Assembly: GCA_964016885.1 (NCBI GenBank)
Contig: OZ024749.1
Coordinates: forward strand, 43,648,001-43,712,000
Direction: 5' to 3'
Origin: Eledone cirrhosa
Lineage: Eukaryota
DNA length: 64,000 nt
The notes under the pieces were generated by a model, which saw only the letters and a list, made by a program, of their open reading frames with translations, searched no databases and was not told where the DNA came from. How positions within the stretch are numbered: the stretch's first letter is position 1; each line of letters begins with the position of its first letter. The translations under genes were made by a program, and so were the position numbers. Shown here piece after piece: positions 13,184 to 25,629 of this stretch.

Positions 13184-13186
<3 letters not shown>
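12918..13186. mobile_element. TA-flanked family A element with a 46-bp inverted repeat enclosing a hammerhead
   Basis: 13004-13049 is the reverse complement of 13141-13186 (one mismatch). The start resembles 2331-2390. Confidence 0.75.
13078..13143 (+). ncRNA. Minimal type I hammerhead ribozyme motif (family A)
   Basis: TATTTTGT-CTGAAGA-AGGCATAACATATT.TTT.AATATGATATCCCT-GAAA-TATATA-TA-ATGAAATA; stem I is kept through G-U pairs. Confidence 0.75.
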
Positions 13187-13234
<48 letters not shown>

Positions 13235-13244
13235 AAAAAAAATC

Positions 13245-13295
<51 letters not shown>

Positions 13296-13481
13296 ATTTT
13301 TTTTTTTTCAAATCAACAACGTCAGCAAATTAGACAACGAAGGCAGCTGTTTTAAACGATTCATTGTCTTAAATCTTTAATCAATGCACAGAACTTCTCC
13401 CACTTCACCCAGTTTACACACACATAAGTACGGGTATGTATGCGTGTGTGTGTGTATATATAATATATATATGTGTGTATG

Positions 13482-13561
<80 letters not shown>

Positions 13562-13733
13562 AGAGTGTGTGTTGATGACAAATTCGGTGAACGAAATAAA
13601 AGACAAAAAGCCAATGAAGCAAGCAATGAGAATGACAGGGAAACGATGTATAGATGGAACAATAGACAGAAAATGGAAAATGGTTGAATAGACAGAAAAT
13701 GGTTAAATTGGATAAATGAACTTACGTGTAAAG

Positions 13734-13809
<76 letters not shown>

Positions 13810-13894
13810 CGGTGGTGGTGGTGGTAGTAGTCGTGGTGGTGGTGGTGGGAGTAGTAGTAGTAGTGGTGGTGGTGGTGGTGGTGATAATAGTAGC

Positions 13895-13950
<56 letters not shown>

Positions 13951-14108
13951 CGGTGGTGGTGGTGGTGGTGGTAGTAGTCGTGGTGGTGGTGGTGGTGGTG
14001 GTGGTAGTAGTCGTGGTGGTGGTGGTGGTGGTGGGAGTAGTAGTAGTAGTGGTGGTGGTCGTGGTGGTGATAATAGTAGCAGTAGTAGTAGTAGTAGTAG
14101 TAGTAGTA
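13734..14108. repeat. (GTA)n/(GTG)n compound trinucleotide repeat with internal higher-order duplication
   Basis: The interruptions GTGGCGGTG, GTAGTCGTG, GGGAGTAG and GTGATAATAGTAGCAG each recur in the same order. Confidence 0.9.
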
Positions 14109-14207
14109 ATAGATTGAGTGTGGTAAATTGGAAAATAATTGAACTTATGGAAATTCGGTTCATCGGACATATTTTTACGAGATAAACCGTTTGATTCAAC
14201 ATTACAT

Positions 14208-14274
<67 letters not shown>

Positions 14275-14414
14275 AAACACACACACAAACTTACACATTC
14301 ACACATAAACACACACATATACATTGTGATCATACAATCTTCCAGTAGAGCACACCGCAATAATTTCTCAGAATCAACCAGATGTTTATATATTGTCGAT
14401 CTGTTGCTATATAC

Positions 14415-14591
<177 letters not shown>

Positions 14592-14611
14592 TACATATAT
14601 ATATACATATA

Positions 14612-14663
<52 letters not shown>

Positions 14664-14692
14664 TACATATATATATATATATACATATATAC

Positions 14693-14752
<60 letters not shown>

Positions 14753-14772
14753 TTGTGTGTGTGCGTGTGCGT

Positions 14773-14804
<32 letters not shown>

Positions 14805-15416
14805 TTATATATGTTTATATATGTTTATAAATCAGAGAGATAGGGAGAGACATGTGCGTATATATGTGTATGAGTGAATATATATATATATATATATATA
14901 TTTGTGTGCGTGTATTTTACTTTTCTTGTTCCAAAATACTTATATGTCGATTGACAGTTGGATTTAGAAATATCGATTGATCGATCCCCCACGCCGTTTA
15001 AAATTAATACGTCAACAATTACTGTGAAATCCCTCGAGAGAATAGGAGAGAAGAGAAGAGAGACGAGGAAAGATAAGAGAGGTCTTATGACCATGTAAAT
15101 ACGTTAGAATTTATGACTGAAGGTTTCTTAGAGAGAGATTAACTGAATTACCCCCCATCCACCTCCGACCCGTCTGTCTTGTGTTTCATATTTCCTCCTT
15201 CCATAAGTAATATATACTATTAATAATGATAAATTGGGGGATAAACCTATATATATATATAGAGAGAGAGAGAGATAGATATAGATATAGATATAGATAT
15301 AGATATAGATATAGATATAGATATATGAGAGATATATATACGATATTTATATATATATATATCAGAGATATATATATACGATATATATAAAGAGAGAGAG
15401 ATAGATAGATAGATAA

Positions 15417-15480
<64 letters not shown>

Positions 15481-15563
15481 GAAGAGATAAATACCTATAT
15501 AGAAAGAGATATCTAGATAGAGAGAAATATCTGGATAAATAAAAATATTTGGATAAATAGAGA

Positions 15564-15649
<86 letters not shown>

Positions 15650-15698
15650 GGGAGAGAGAGAGAGAGAGGGGGAGAGAGAGAGAGAAAGAGAGAGAGAT

Positions 15699-15750
<52 letters not shown>

Positions 15751-16077
15751 TGTGTGTAGGAATCTCAGACGCAAAAAATCACTAAACACGGTCGATTGTG
15801 ATAAATAATAACTTAGAAACTTTAAAATACGCTAATGGACGGGAAGAAGTAGACAACGGCTGCTATAAAATATCGAACTTCGTATCTCTCAAATTCCGGC
15901 TGAGTTCTAAGCAGTTCGATTCTTTGATACGTCCACTAGCCACCCTTTTTACATCTATAGGGGGTATTTTACCAGAGTTTCTAAGTTATTTTCCATAACA
16001 ATCGATGGTATTTAGTTAATTGCTACACCCGAAGTTCCAACATTTTCTACGGGCTTCATAACTCCTCATCGCTCCAA

Positions 16078-16203
<126 letters not shown>

Positions 16204-16502
16204 ATATATATATACTGTGTACATATGTATTTATATATATATTTATATATATATATTGTGTGCATACGTGTTGTTTTTTTTCTCCACAATTTTTTCTCAT
16301 TTTCCCTCGCTCGTTCCTCTCATCAATCTTTACTTTCTATTTATCTTCTAATTCTAACAATATCCTGATGAAGGATTAGTGTCCAAAACCACAATATTCT
16401 CTTCCTGGTGTTTCAAGCGTTGAATTAATATATTTTTTTCTATGTACTGAGCCATTTGTTTTGTTATTTTTGTTTACTTTTAACATACATACATATATAC
16501 AT

Positions 16503-16570
<68 letters not shown>

Positions 16571-17069
16571 TATATATATATATATATATATATATACAGT
16601 ATATATATTTATATTTATATATACATAAATACATACATATATATATATATATATATTGTGTGTGTGTATGTTTATTAAATGTGTAAAACATGATATATAT
16701 TTTCACCAATGATTTACATAGAACCACTTACTCCAATGTTATTACTTCTTCATATGTCTATGTTGTACCGAAATAGTTTAGAAAACTGAAGATTCAGACT
16801 TATAGATTGCCTATATGGCCTATAAAATTAGTTTATCTAAAATTGTCAGTTTCAATCATATAATATTACAATACACCAATAAAAGCTATAATGGTTATGT
16901 CTATACAAAAGATATTTTCTTCAAATCGTTACAGTCCGCTTACCGAAGCTGTTTATTTTATTCATATTTTAGTTAAAATAGTCTCAAATGAATATTTACA
17001 TAATAAACGTTTTATTTATGGATTTTACTCCTGACATTCATTTTTTTTTAAATATTTTATTTAAATATA

Positions 17070-17300
17070 AGGTGGTAGATTGCTAGAATTAGTTGAGCGT
17101 CGGATAAAATGCCATCGCGGTATTTATCTGGCTCTTCACTTGCTGGGTTCAAATATCGCCAAGATCAACTTTGCCTTCCAGCTTTCTGGGGTCGTTAAAA
17201 AAATAATACCTGCCAAAAACTGGGGTTGATTAAACCCCCAGTTTTCCCTTCCTCCAAATTTGTTTCCTCCAACTTGTGCTTAAACCAGAAACTAATATTT
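17070..17300 (+). mobile_element. Old full-length Meta-like SINE
   Basis: AAGGTGGTAGATTG head, GGGTTCAAAT box B, CAACTTTGCCTTCCA domain and CTTGTGCTTAAACCAGAAAC tail. Confidence 0.7.
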
Positions 17301-17340
17301 TATTTAACTATACAAAAGTCGGTTGTAATTTGCAAACGAG

Positions 17341-18090
17341 ATCAGAGAGTCGCTCAATGTAGAGTCGCTCAATGTAGAGTAGCTCGAGGTAGAGTCGCTC
17401 AATGTAGAGTAGCTCGAGGTAGAGTCGCTCGAGGTAGAGTCGCTCGAGGTAGAGTCGCTCGAGGTAGAGTCGCTCGAGGTAGAGTCGCTCAATGTAGAGT
17501 CGCTCGAGGTAGAGTCGCTCGAGGTAGAGTCGCTCGAGGTAGAGTCGCTCAATGTAGAGTCGCTCGAGGTAGAGTCGCTCGAGGTAGAGTCGCTCGAGGT
17601 AGAGTCGCTCGAGGTAGAGTCACTCAATGTAGAGTAGCTCGAGGTAGAGTCGTTCAATGTAGAGTCGCTCGAGGTAGAGTCGCTCGAGGTAGAGTCGCTC
17701 AATGTAGAGTCGCTCGAGGTAGAGTCGCTCGATGTAGAGTAGCTCGAGGTAGAGTCGCTCAATGTAGAGTCGCTCGAGGTAGAGTCGCTCAATGTAGAGT
17801 TGCTCAAGGTAGAGCCGCAATTACTCCGAATTGAGATATCACAGCCCCGATGCTATGGGTATTTGGTTTGAATATATCAGGAAAGAATAGTTGGACAAAT
17901 TTTACGGGCAAAACCAACCAACAGGAGACCCGGAAAGTAGACCCCTAAGTAAGATGGTTGGCTAACATCCATGAGCTCGGCTGGTCTCGCTTGAGGATCT
18001 AGCCGGATCAGTTGGAGACAGTTGCTTCTGACAGGAACCGCTGGAAGGAGTGTTCGTGGACTCTACTCCCACTACCGTCTCAGGAATAAC
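17341..18090 (+). mobile_element. RTE-clade LINE 3' fragment interrupted by an internal minisatellite
   Basis: Reads IR(ESLNV)n-EPQLLRIEISQPRCYGYLV*IYQERIVGQILRAKPTNRRP...WLANIHELGWSRLRI*PDQLETVASDRNRWKECSWTLLPLPSQE*, typical of the region after the RT domain in RTE elements. Confidence 0.8.
17346..17812 (+). repeat. 15-bp minisatellite, about 31 copies
   Basis: Units are AGAGTCGCTCGAGGT and AGAGTCGCTCAATGT, with minor variants. Confidence 0.95.
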
Positions 18091-19329
18091 TGGGTGAAGG
18101 AGAAAAGAGAATATGTGCATCGCTAGAAGATAGATAACTTTCTTTTTATTTGCCACCAGGGCATCAAAAGTGGGACAAGTACAAAGGGGGGAGTTTACAT
18201 GCAAAGACGTCCTCAATATGGAGGAGGCAATAACAAAATATAAAAATAAAATAAAATATAACAAAATAAAATTTATAACAAAATCCTCCATAGGGAGAAG
18301 GAGCCTTAGGGGGTCGCACACACCCCCGAAAAAAGTGTGCAACCCTTCTCCTCAGGAGTACAGAGAGGGGGTGCTCCCTTGGTCTTTCATCTTCCTCACC
18401 GATAGTCTGATGTAGAGTGAAGGCCCATTCACACGGGCCATTCTCCCCACTTTCACCCATCTTTCATAGATAAATATACAGATAGATAAGGAAAGAGAGT
18501 GGGGAAGGAGAATGAATTTCTCCGTATATATTTATAGAAACAAATAACGTCACAGCCAGGATGTAGCAAAAAAAGTAAAATACTATTTCGAATAATAATT
18601 ACATTATATACACTTTCCCTCCACTCAACTTTGTTAAATGTTCGTGAATATCCTAGATGATGACATGGAAGTTGGTGGTGATGATGTGTGTATGATGATG
18701 TGACATAGAAATAAGAAGAAAAAAAGATAAAAAAAAGATAGAACAAGGAGAATAAAATAAAGGAGAAAAGGAAAAAAAGGAAAAGAAATGAAAAAGAAGA
18801 AAAAAAACAAAATTAAGAAAAGAAAGGAAAAGAATGAAAATAAAAGAATGAAAAAAAAGACCGAAAAGACGAAAAGAAGAAAAAGAAGGAAAAGAAGAAA
18901 AATAAACGAAAAGATGAAAAGAACGAAAAGAAAAAATGAAGGAAAAGAAGAAAAATATACGAAAAGAAGAAAAAAGAAGGAAAAGAAGAAAAAGAAAGAA
19001 AAAGAAGAAAAATAAAGGAAAAGAAGAAAAATAAAGGAAAAGGGAAAAAGAAAGAAAAAAGAAGAAAAATAAAGGAAAAGGGGGAAAAAGAAAGAAAAAA
19101 GGAGAGAAGGTGTATTTTTGTTGAGTTTTTCTAGTAATTCATTCCCTATTATTGGTGACGTCCATCAAACTGTTTTATTTTAGAAAATGAAACTATAATA
19201 GAGTTTCATAGAATGACATTAAATGTCATTGTCATGTAAAATATATATTGTCATTTGATGATTGTGTAATAGAGTACAGCCTGGTGGTGGAGGGAGTGGA
19301 GGGGAGAAGTAGGGGAAGGAGTAGTAGGA

Positions 19330-20578
19330 AGTGGAGGGGAAGGAGTAGTAGGAGGTGGTGGGGAAGGAGTAGTAGCAGGAGGGAGAGGAGGGACAGGAGT
19401 AGTAGTGGGAGAAAGAGGAAGGGAAGGCGTGGAAGGAGTAGCAGGAGTATTGGGGAGGAAGGGAAGGAGTAGTAGGAGGTGGTGGGGAAGGAGTAGCAGG
19501 AGGGAGAGGAGGGACAGGTGTAGTAGTGGGAGAAAGAGGAAGGGAAGGCGTGGAAGGAGTAGCAGGAGTATTGGGGAGGAAGGGAAGGAGTAGTAGGAGG
19601 TGGTGGGGAAGGAGTAGCAGGAGGGAGATGAGGGACAGGTGTAGTGGGAGAAAGAGGAAGGGAAGGCGTGGAAGGAGTAGCAGGAGTATTAGGGAGGAAG
19701 GGAAGGAGTAGTAGGAGGTGGTGGGGAAGGAGTAGCAGGAGGGAGATGAGGGACAGGTGTAGTAGTGGGAGAAAGAGGAAGGGAAGGCGTGGAAGGAGTA
19801 GCAGGAGTATTAGGGAGGAAAGGGAAGGAGTAGTAGGAGGTGGTGGGGAAGGAGTAGCAGGAGGGAGAGGGGGGACAGGAGTAGTAGTGGGAGAAAGAGG
19901 AAGGGAAGGCGTGGAAGGAGTAGCAGGAGTATTAGGGAGGAAAGGGAAGGAGTAGTAGGAGGTGGTGGGGAAGGAGTAGCAGGAGGGAGATGAGGGACAG
20001 GAGTAGTAGTGGGAGAAAGAGGAAGGGAAGGCGTGGAAGGAGTAGCAGGAGTATTAGGGAGGAAAGGGAAGGAGTAGTAGGAGGTGGTGGGGAAGGAGTA
20101 GCAGGAGGGAGATGAGGGACAGGAGTAGTAGTGGGAGAAAGAGGAAGGGAAGGCGTGGAAGGAGTAGCAGGAGTATTAGGGAGGAAAGGGAAGGAGTAGT
20201 AGGAGGTGGTGGGGAAGGAGTAGCAGGAGGGAGAGGAGGGACAGGAGTAGTAGTGGGAGAAAGAGGAAGGGAAGGCGTGGAAGGAGTAGCAGGAGTATTA
20301 GGGAGGAAAGGGAAGGAGTAGTAGGAGGTGGTGGGGAAGGAGTAGCAGCAGGAGGGAGATGAGGGACAGGAGTAGTAGTGGGAGAAAGAGGAAGGGAAGG
20401 CGTGGAAGGAGTAGCAGGAGTATTGGGGAGGAAGGGAAGGAGTAGTAGGAGGTGGTGGGGAAGGAGTAGCAGCAGGAGGGAGATGAGGGACAGGAGTAGT
20501 AGTGGGAGAAAGAGGAAGGGAAGGCGTGGAAGGAGTAGCAGGAGTATTGGGGAGGAAGGGAAGGAGTAGTAGGAGGTG
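19330..20578 (+). repeat. Purine-rich minisatellite, about 118-125 bp units, about 10 copies
   Basis: GGGAGAAAGAGGAAGGGAAGGCGTGGAAGGAGTAGCAGGAGTATT recurs roughly every 121 bp. Confidence 0.95.
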
Positions 20579-20878
20579 TTAGGTGTTAGGTGTGGTGGGG
20601 GTGGTGGGGATGTACATAATGAGATAGAAGAAAGAGAAGAAAATAGAGATATTTGACAGAACAAATATGCTTTTCTTATAAATCCATTGGTTATACGGTG
20701 GGGAGGGGGGATCACTGCAATAATGGAACATCCAGAATATCGATAAAATAACAAAAAATTGAATAAAATGAAACGAAGTATATAATTACGCTGAGTCCTC
20801 AGTTTTTATTCCCCCTCATTTATATATCTATCTGTCTATCAATTTAGCTATCTGCCTATGTATTTGTCTATCTATCCA

Positions 20879-20921
<43 letters not shown>

Positions 20922-20926
20922 CAAAT

Positions 20927-20964
<38 letters not shown>

Positions 20965-20983
20965 ATTTTTTTATATCCATTTG

Positions 20984-21031
<48 letters not shown>

Positions 21032-21057
21032 CCTTCCTAACTATCTATATCCATTTA

Positions 21058-21106
<49 letters not shown>

Positions 21107-21537
21107 ATCCATTGACATATCTACCTACCTATCTCTCTCTTTAGCTATCCATCTCTATCTATTTATCTATCTCTCTATCAATCTATCTATCTATTTTTCT
21201 ATCTATCTCTATCTCACTATCTCTCTGTGTATCTATCTATCTATCTATCTATCTGGTGGCAAATAAAAGAAACATATCTATCTATCTATCCATCTATCGA
21301 TCTGTCTATCACCGTGATTATATCATGAATACTTTTATTCGATATTTCGTTGTGATTTGTTTCAAGACATTTTTTTTTTTTTAACTAATCTTTCTCTTTC
21401 TGATAATTTTTTTTTTTTTCATTTACATCACGAAATATTAACAATAGATTGATCAGGGTGTATATATGTATATATATATTTGTATGTTTGTACTTGTGTA
21501 TATATATTAATATATATATATATATATATATATACAT

Positions 21538-21590
21538 TCTTGTCAGATGACCCTGTGAGAAGCAGGCGCAACTCCAGAGTAACTTGACTC
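21538..21590 (+). ncRNA. Degenerate hammerhead-like motif in a TA-flanked fragment
   Basis: CAGATGA-CCCTG.TGAGAAG.CAGGC-GCAA-CTCCAGAG-TA. Stems II and III are recognisable, but two core substitutions make it probably inactive. Confidence 0.4.
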
Positions 21591-21613
21591 ACTATTTAGC
21601 CTTAATAAAATGA

Positions 21614-21655
<42 letters not shown>

Positions 21656-21664
21656 ATATATATA

Positions 21665-21720
21665 GGAACGAGTAGGACCCCGACGGCTGAGCTCAAGCCA
21701 TTTCGACGGATAATTCTGGA

Positions 21721-21724
<4 letters not shown>
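21665..21724 (-). mobile_element. Family B fragment
   Basis: GACCCCGACGGCTGAGCTCAAGCCATTTCGACGGATAATTCTGGACTC between (TA)n tracts. Confidence 0.65.
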
Positions 21725-21771
<47 letters not shown>

Positions 21772-21835
21772 TTATCCCGGGTTCAATCGGAGGTAACCAC
21801 AGTAAGTAAGGTACTCAATACAAAGCAGAGTATAA

Positions 21836-21947
21836 ATATTTAATATAGAAGTTGCTTCTACAGGACTAAAACTGTTTCATTCGGGAGGATGATTTCTCCC
21901 GAATGAAACAGTTCTAGTCCTGTAGAAGCCATTTCTATATTAAATAT
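21836..21947. repeat. About 50-bp-arm hairpin in a TA-associated fragment
   Basis: GCTTCTACAGGACTAAAACTGTTTCATTCGGGAG / CTCCCGAATGAAACAGTTCTAGTCCTGTAGAAGC, extended by ATATTTAATATAGAA / TTCTATATTAAATAT. Confidence 0.85.
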
Positions 21948-21998
21948 ATATGTGTGTGTGTATATATATATGTATGTATACGTACATATAGTTTTTCG

Positions 21999-22058
<60 letters not shown>

Positions 22059-22061
<3 letters not shown>

Positions 22062-22101
22062 TGCGTTATGGTCCACCTGGTTCCTTACCACATTTCCTTC
22101 G

Positions 22102-22104
<3 letters not shown>
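22059..22104. mobile_element. Family B leader fragment, opposite orientation
   Basis: Reverse complement of AACGAAGGAAATGTGGTAAGGAACCAGGTGGACCATAACGCACC, inside (TA)n. Confidence 0.7.
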
Positions 22105-22159
<55 letters not shown>

Positions 22160-22161
<2 letters not shown>

Positions 22162-22295
22162 GGTAGCTGTGCAATTTCCGTCTACCAAATTCCACTCTGG
22201 TAAAAGACACTTGCCCAAACTACCCTGCATCGTGACTAACCCTAGAACCATGTAGTTACCTCACTAACACCTTCACCACACAGCCATTCCTACAG
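22160..22295 (-). mobile_element. CORE-type SINE remnant (second subfamily)
   Basis: TTTCCGTCTACC...ACACTTGCCCAA...AACCATGT...ACCACACAGCCA; a similar copy lies at about 53210-53340. Confidence 0.5.
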
Positions 22296-22572
22296 ATTGC
22301 AATCGAAATATAATACAATAAACTGATATACTTTATACATGAAATATCGTTCGGGGGTACATCAGATTACTGTTGAAAACTGACATATGTTATCTAAACA
22401 CATCTCTCCTATTTATTTCATTATATTTATTATATTATATAGTTTTTATCCCGGTTTATATCAGACTGATGGAAAATAGAATTATCTTTCTAGAAAACTC
22501 TCAACGGATTTAGTTTAATTAGTCGTTAATGATTATTGCAGACATCGCATATAGGTTCTTTTCCAAGTTTTG

Positions 22573-22631
<59 letters not shown>

Positions 22632-22632
22632 T

Positions 22633-22741
<109 letters not shown>

Positions 22742-22742
22742 T

Positions 22743-22774
<32 letters not shown>

Positions 22775-22808
22775 TATACACATAAATATAATCACGTATA
22801 AGATATAC

Positions 22809-22849
<41 letters not shown>

Positions 22850-22875
22850 AATATGTACTTTATGTACTTGTGAAG

Positions 22876-22942
<67 letters not shown>

Positions 22943-23166
22943 TACACACATACACACATATACAGATATATATATATATACACACACACACACAACGCCC
23001 ACAACGTATGTGTTCGTGAAATTATTTTTGTGTTTCTTATGTACGAGAGAGTGTGTGCTGTTAATGTTTGCTTTTTGACGTACATAATATCGGTAATGAA
23101 ATCTGAATGTATACGTAAATACACGTACACGTAAATGATTAAATATATATATATCGTATTCATTTA

Positions 23167-23222
<56 letters not shown>

Positions 23223-23334
23223 TATATGTATGTATATGCGTTGGTAATATATGCATTAAACAAAAGCGCGCTAGATACTTAATATAATGCTATATACGAT
23301 ATATATCTGCGTATGTGTATATATGTATAGGGTG

Positions 23335-23365
<31 letters not shown>

Positions 23366-23509
23366 AGGGTGCATATGTATGTGTATCTGTCTTATGCCGA
23401 ACGAGAGATTTTATGCGGTAAATAAATATTTGACATTGAGTTATGGTTAATAATTTTCAGCTAGTCTTATATTCGAGCTTGGATTTTTGTTTCAAATTTA
23501 CAAGACTGA

Positions 23510-23672
23510 CTAATATTCAGGACTGACTTATGCGCAAGTAGTTACGATCTTATACTCAGGACTGACATACTCAAGTAATTATGGTCATATACTCAGGACT
23601 GACTTAAGCTCAAGTATTTACAACCTTATACTCAGGAATTACATACTCAAGTAATTACGGTCTTATACTCGA
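23510..23672. repeat. About 38-40 bp degenerate tandem repeat, about 4 copies
   Basis: TATACTCAGGACTGAC...CTCAAGTA recurs. Confidence 0.75.
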
Positions 23673-23832
23673 GATAAAATTATACTCTATTATTTACGAT
23701 ATATACTTAAGTCAAGTAACACTCTCTCCCCATCATAATTGTTTCATCTTCACGTTTTACAATTTAACGTTGATTTCTTCTTGTGTATTTTTTTCAATTT
23801 GTTAGTTGTTTTAGATGTTATTGTTTTATATT

Positions 23833-24056
23833 AAGGGCGGTGGATTGGCAGTATTGATAGAGCTTTAGACACCATGCTTTTCAGCATAGAGTTACGGCCC
23901 TTTATGATCTGTGTTTAAATCCGCCGAGGTTAACTTTGCCTTTCATCCTTACGGAGTCGATAAAATATAGTACCATTCACGAACTGGGCTTAATTTAATT
24001 GACTTTCCCGACCCCCAAAATTGCTGGCCTTGTGCCTATATAGGAAACCATTATTG
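23833..24056 (+). mobile_element. Full-length Meta-like tRNA SINE with probable TSD
   Basis: GGCGGTGGATTGGCAG head, TTAACTTTGCCTTTCATCCTTACGGAGTCGATAAAAT domain and GCTGGCCTTGTGCC tail; flanks are TTATTGTTTTATATTAAGG and TTATTGTTTTATTTCAAGG. Confidence 0.85.
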
Positions 24057-24309
24057 TTTTATTTCAAGGTAATAACATGATTCTATTTATTTTTCTTTAC
24101 TTTCCGAATAGGGAATATTTTAGCTGACATCAATCCCGACTCCCAAAGGGATTAATATAAAAAAAACATATTTATTGTGAATTACTTATTTGATGCAGAC
24201 TGGGAGTTCAACTTGCGGGAAGAGTGAATTGTTTGTTGTTATTTCTACATTCCCCTTCTTTTTTTGCATTATTTTATTAAATTAGAAGCCATTTTCAGTA
24301 GTAGTAGCA

Positions 24310-24360
<51 letters not shown>

Positions 24361-24380
24361 TCCGACCAAATATATATATA

Positions 24381-24580
24381 TAACGAAGGAGGTGTGGTAA
24401 GGAACCAGATGGACCATAACGCACCAGAGTACTCAATACTTAGGGTAGTAGAGTAGGTAATAGGAAAATGTTTAACCCCGACGGCAGAGTTCAAGCCGTT
24501 TCGACTGCTATTTCTGGACTACTACCAGAAATAGCCATCGAAACGGCTTGAGCTCTGCCGTCGGGGTTAAACATTTTCTT
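24381..24580. mobile_element. Family B copy with about 54-bp hairpin arms
   Basis: Arms at about 24464-24517 and 24525-24579; the leader matches 12703 and 60601. Confidence 0.8.
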
Positions 24581-24594
24581 ATATATATATCCGA

Positions 24595-24642
<48 letters not shown>

Positions 24643-24644
<2 letters not shown>

Positions 24645-24852
24645 TTCTTAGGGTAAACATTGATGCAATTCAATTCAAGCACTCAACGTACTTTTTCCAC
24701 ATAGGAGTGACGGAGTAAATAGCGAATAAGGAAAAGCGAAGTAGTTTCAGATGTTCAAGTCCTTTAATAATAATGCTGTGATGTCGTCATTGAAATCTTG
24801 TGCCTAAAGTAGAAACAATTATTTGGACATCTGAAACTACTTCGCTTTTTCC
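24643..24852. mobile_element. TA-flanked PLE-like fragment with a 29-bp inverted repeat enclosing a SINE tail piece
   Basis: GGAAAAGCGAAGTAGTTTCAGATGTTCAA / TTGGACATCTGAAACTACTTCGCTTTTTCC; the spacer contains CTTGTGCCTAAAGTAGAAACAATTAT. Confidence 0.65.
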
Positions 24853-25235
24853 ATATATATATATATATATATATACCAGTAAAGTACTAGGGAAATTTAA
24901 TCGACGTTGACTTTCCCAAAAATGTCTGGCCTTGTTTCTAGATTGAAAACCATCATTATTATTTTATTTATTTATTTTAGTGTTTCTGTTCATTACGGCA
25001 TATCAATAGGTTGCTATAATTACCCTTATTTATTTATAACATTTCCCGTCCCTTGCCTTCTCTTATCCGTTAAGGTCTTTCTGAGTTCAAAGCCATCCCT
25101 TGTTGAATTTGGCTTTCCTCCCTCAGCGATCGATAACTGATATGATCCACGTTTGGCGTGGGAGTGTATACACAATCGATTAGACTCATGATCTACAAAT
25201 TTGTGGGCCTCCATGACTGGCAATAAACGAAATAT

Positions 25236-25241
25236 AGTAGC

Positions 25242-25299
<58 letters not shown>

Positions 25300-25343
25300 A
25301 CAGCAGCTGCAGCAGCAGTAGTAGTAATAGTAGTAGTAGTTGT

Positions 25344-25374
<31 letters not shown>

Positions 25375-25375
25375 A

Positions 25376-25453
<78 letters not shown>

Positions 25454-25481
25454 TTGTAGCAGCAGCAGTAGTAGTAGTAGC

Positions 25482-25542
<61 letters not shown>
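25236..25542. repeat. (GTA)n/(GCA)n trinucleotide repeat
   Basis: Read directly from the sequence. Confidence 0.95.
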
Positions 25543-25629
25543 ACCATTGTTGTGATGGCTTATATTGTTCTTGTTGTTATTACTGTTGTATATGGTCGGA
25601 ATATACAGAAATGGTGGAGTGCACATCTA

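Noticed and set aside
17226-17834. 202-aa RVARG-repeat ORF and the antisense SDSTS-repeat ORF (phosphoprotein- or adhesin-like)
   Set aside because: They are alternative frames of a 15-bp minisatellite inside an RTE relic, and the ORF start lies in a SINE.
22464-22505. CTGATGG...GAAA hammerhead-like string
   Set aside because: The core is mutated and there are no convincing stems I or III.
23833-24056. tRNA genes suggested by GTTCAAATCC/GTTCGATTCC box B motifs
   Set aside because: These are SINE heads: no cloverleaf, and they continue into SINE body and tail.
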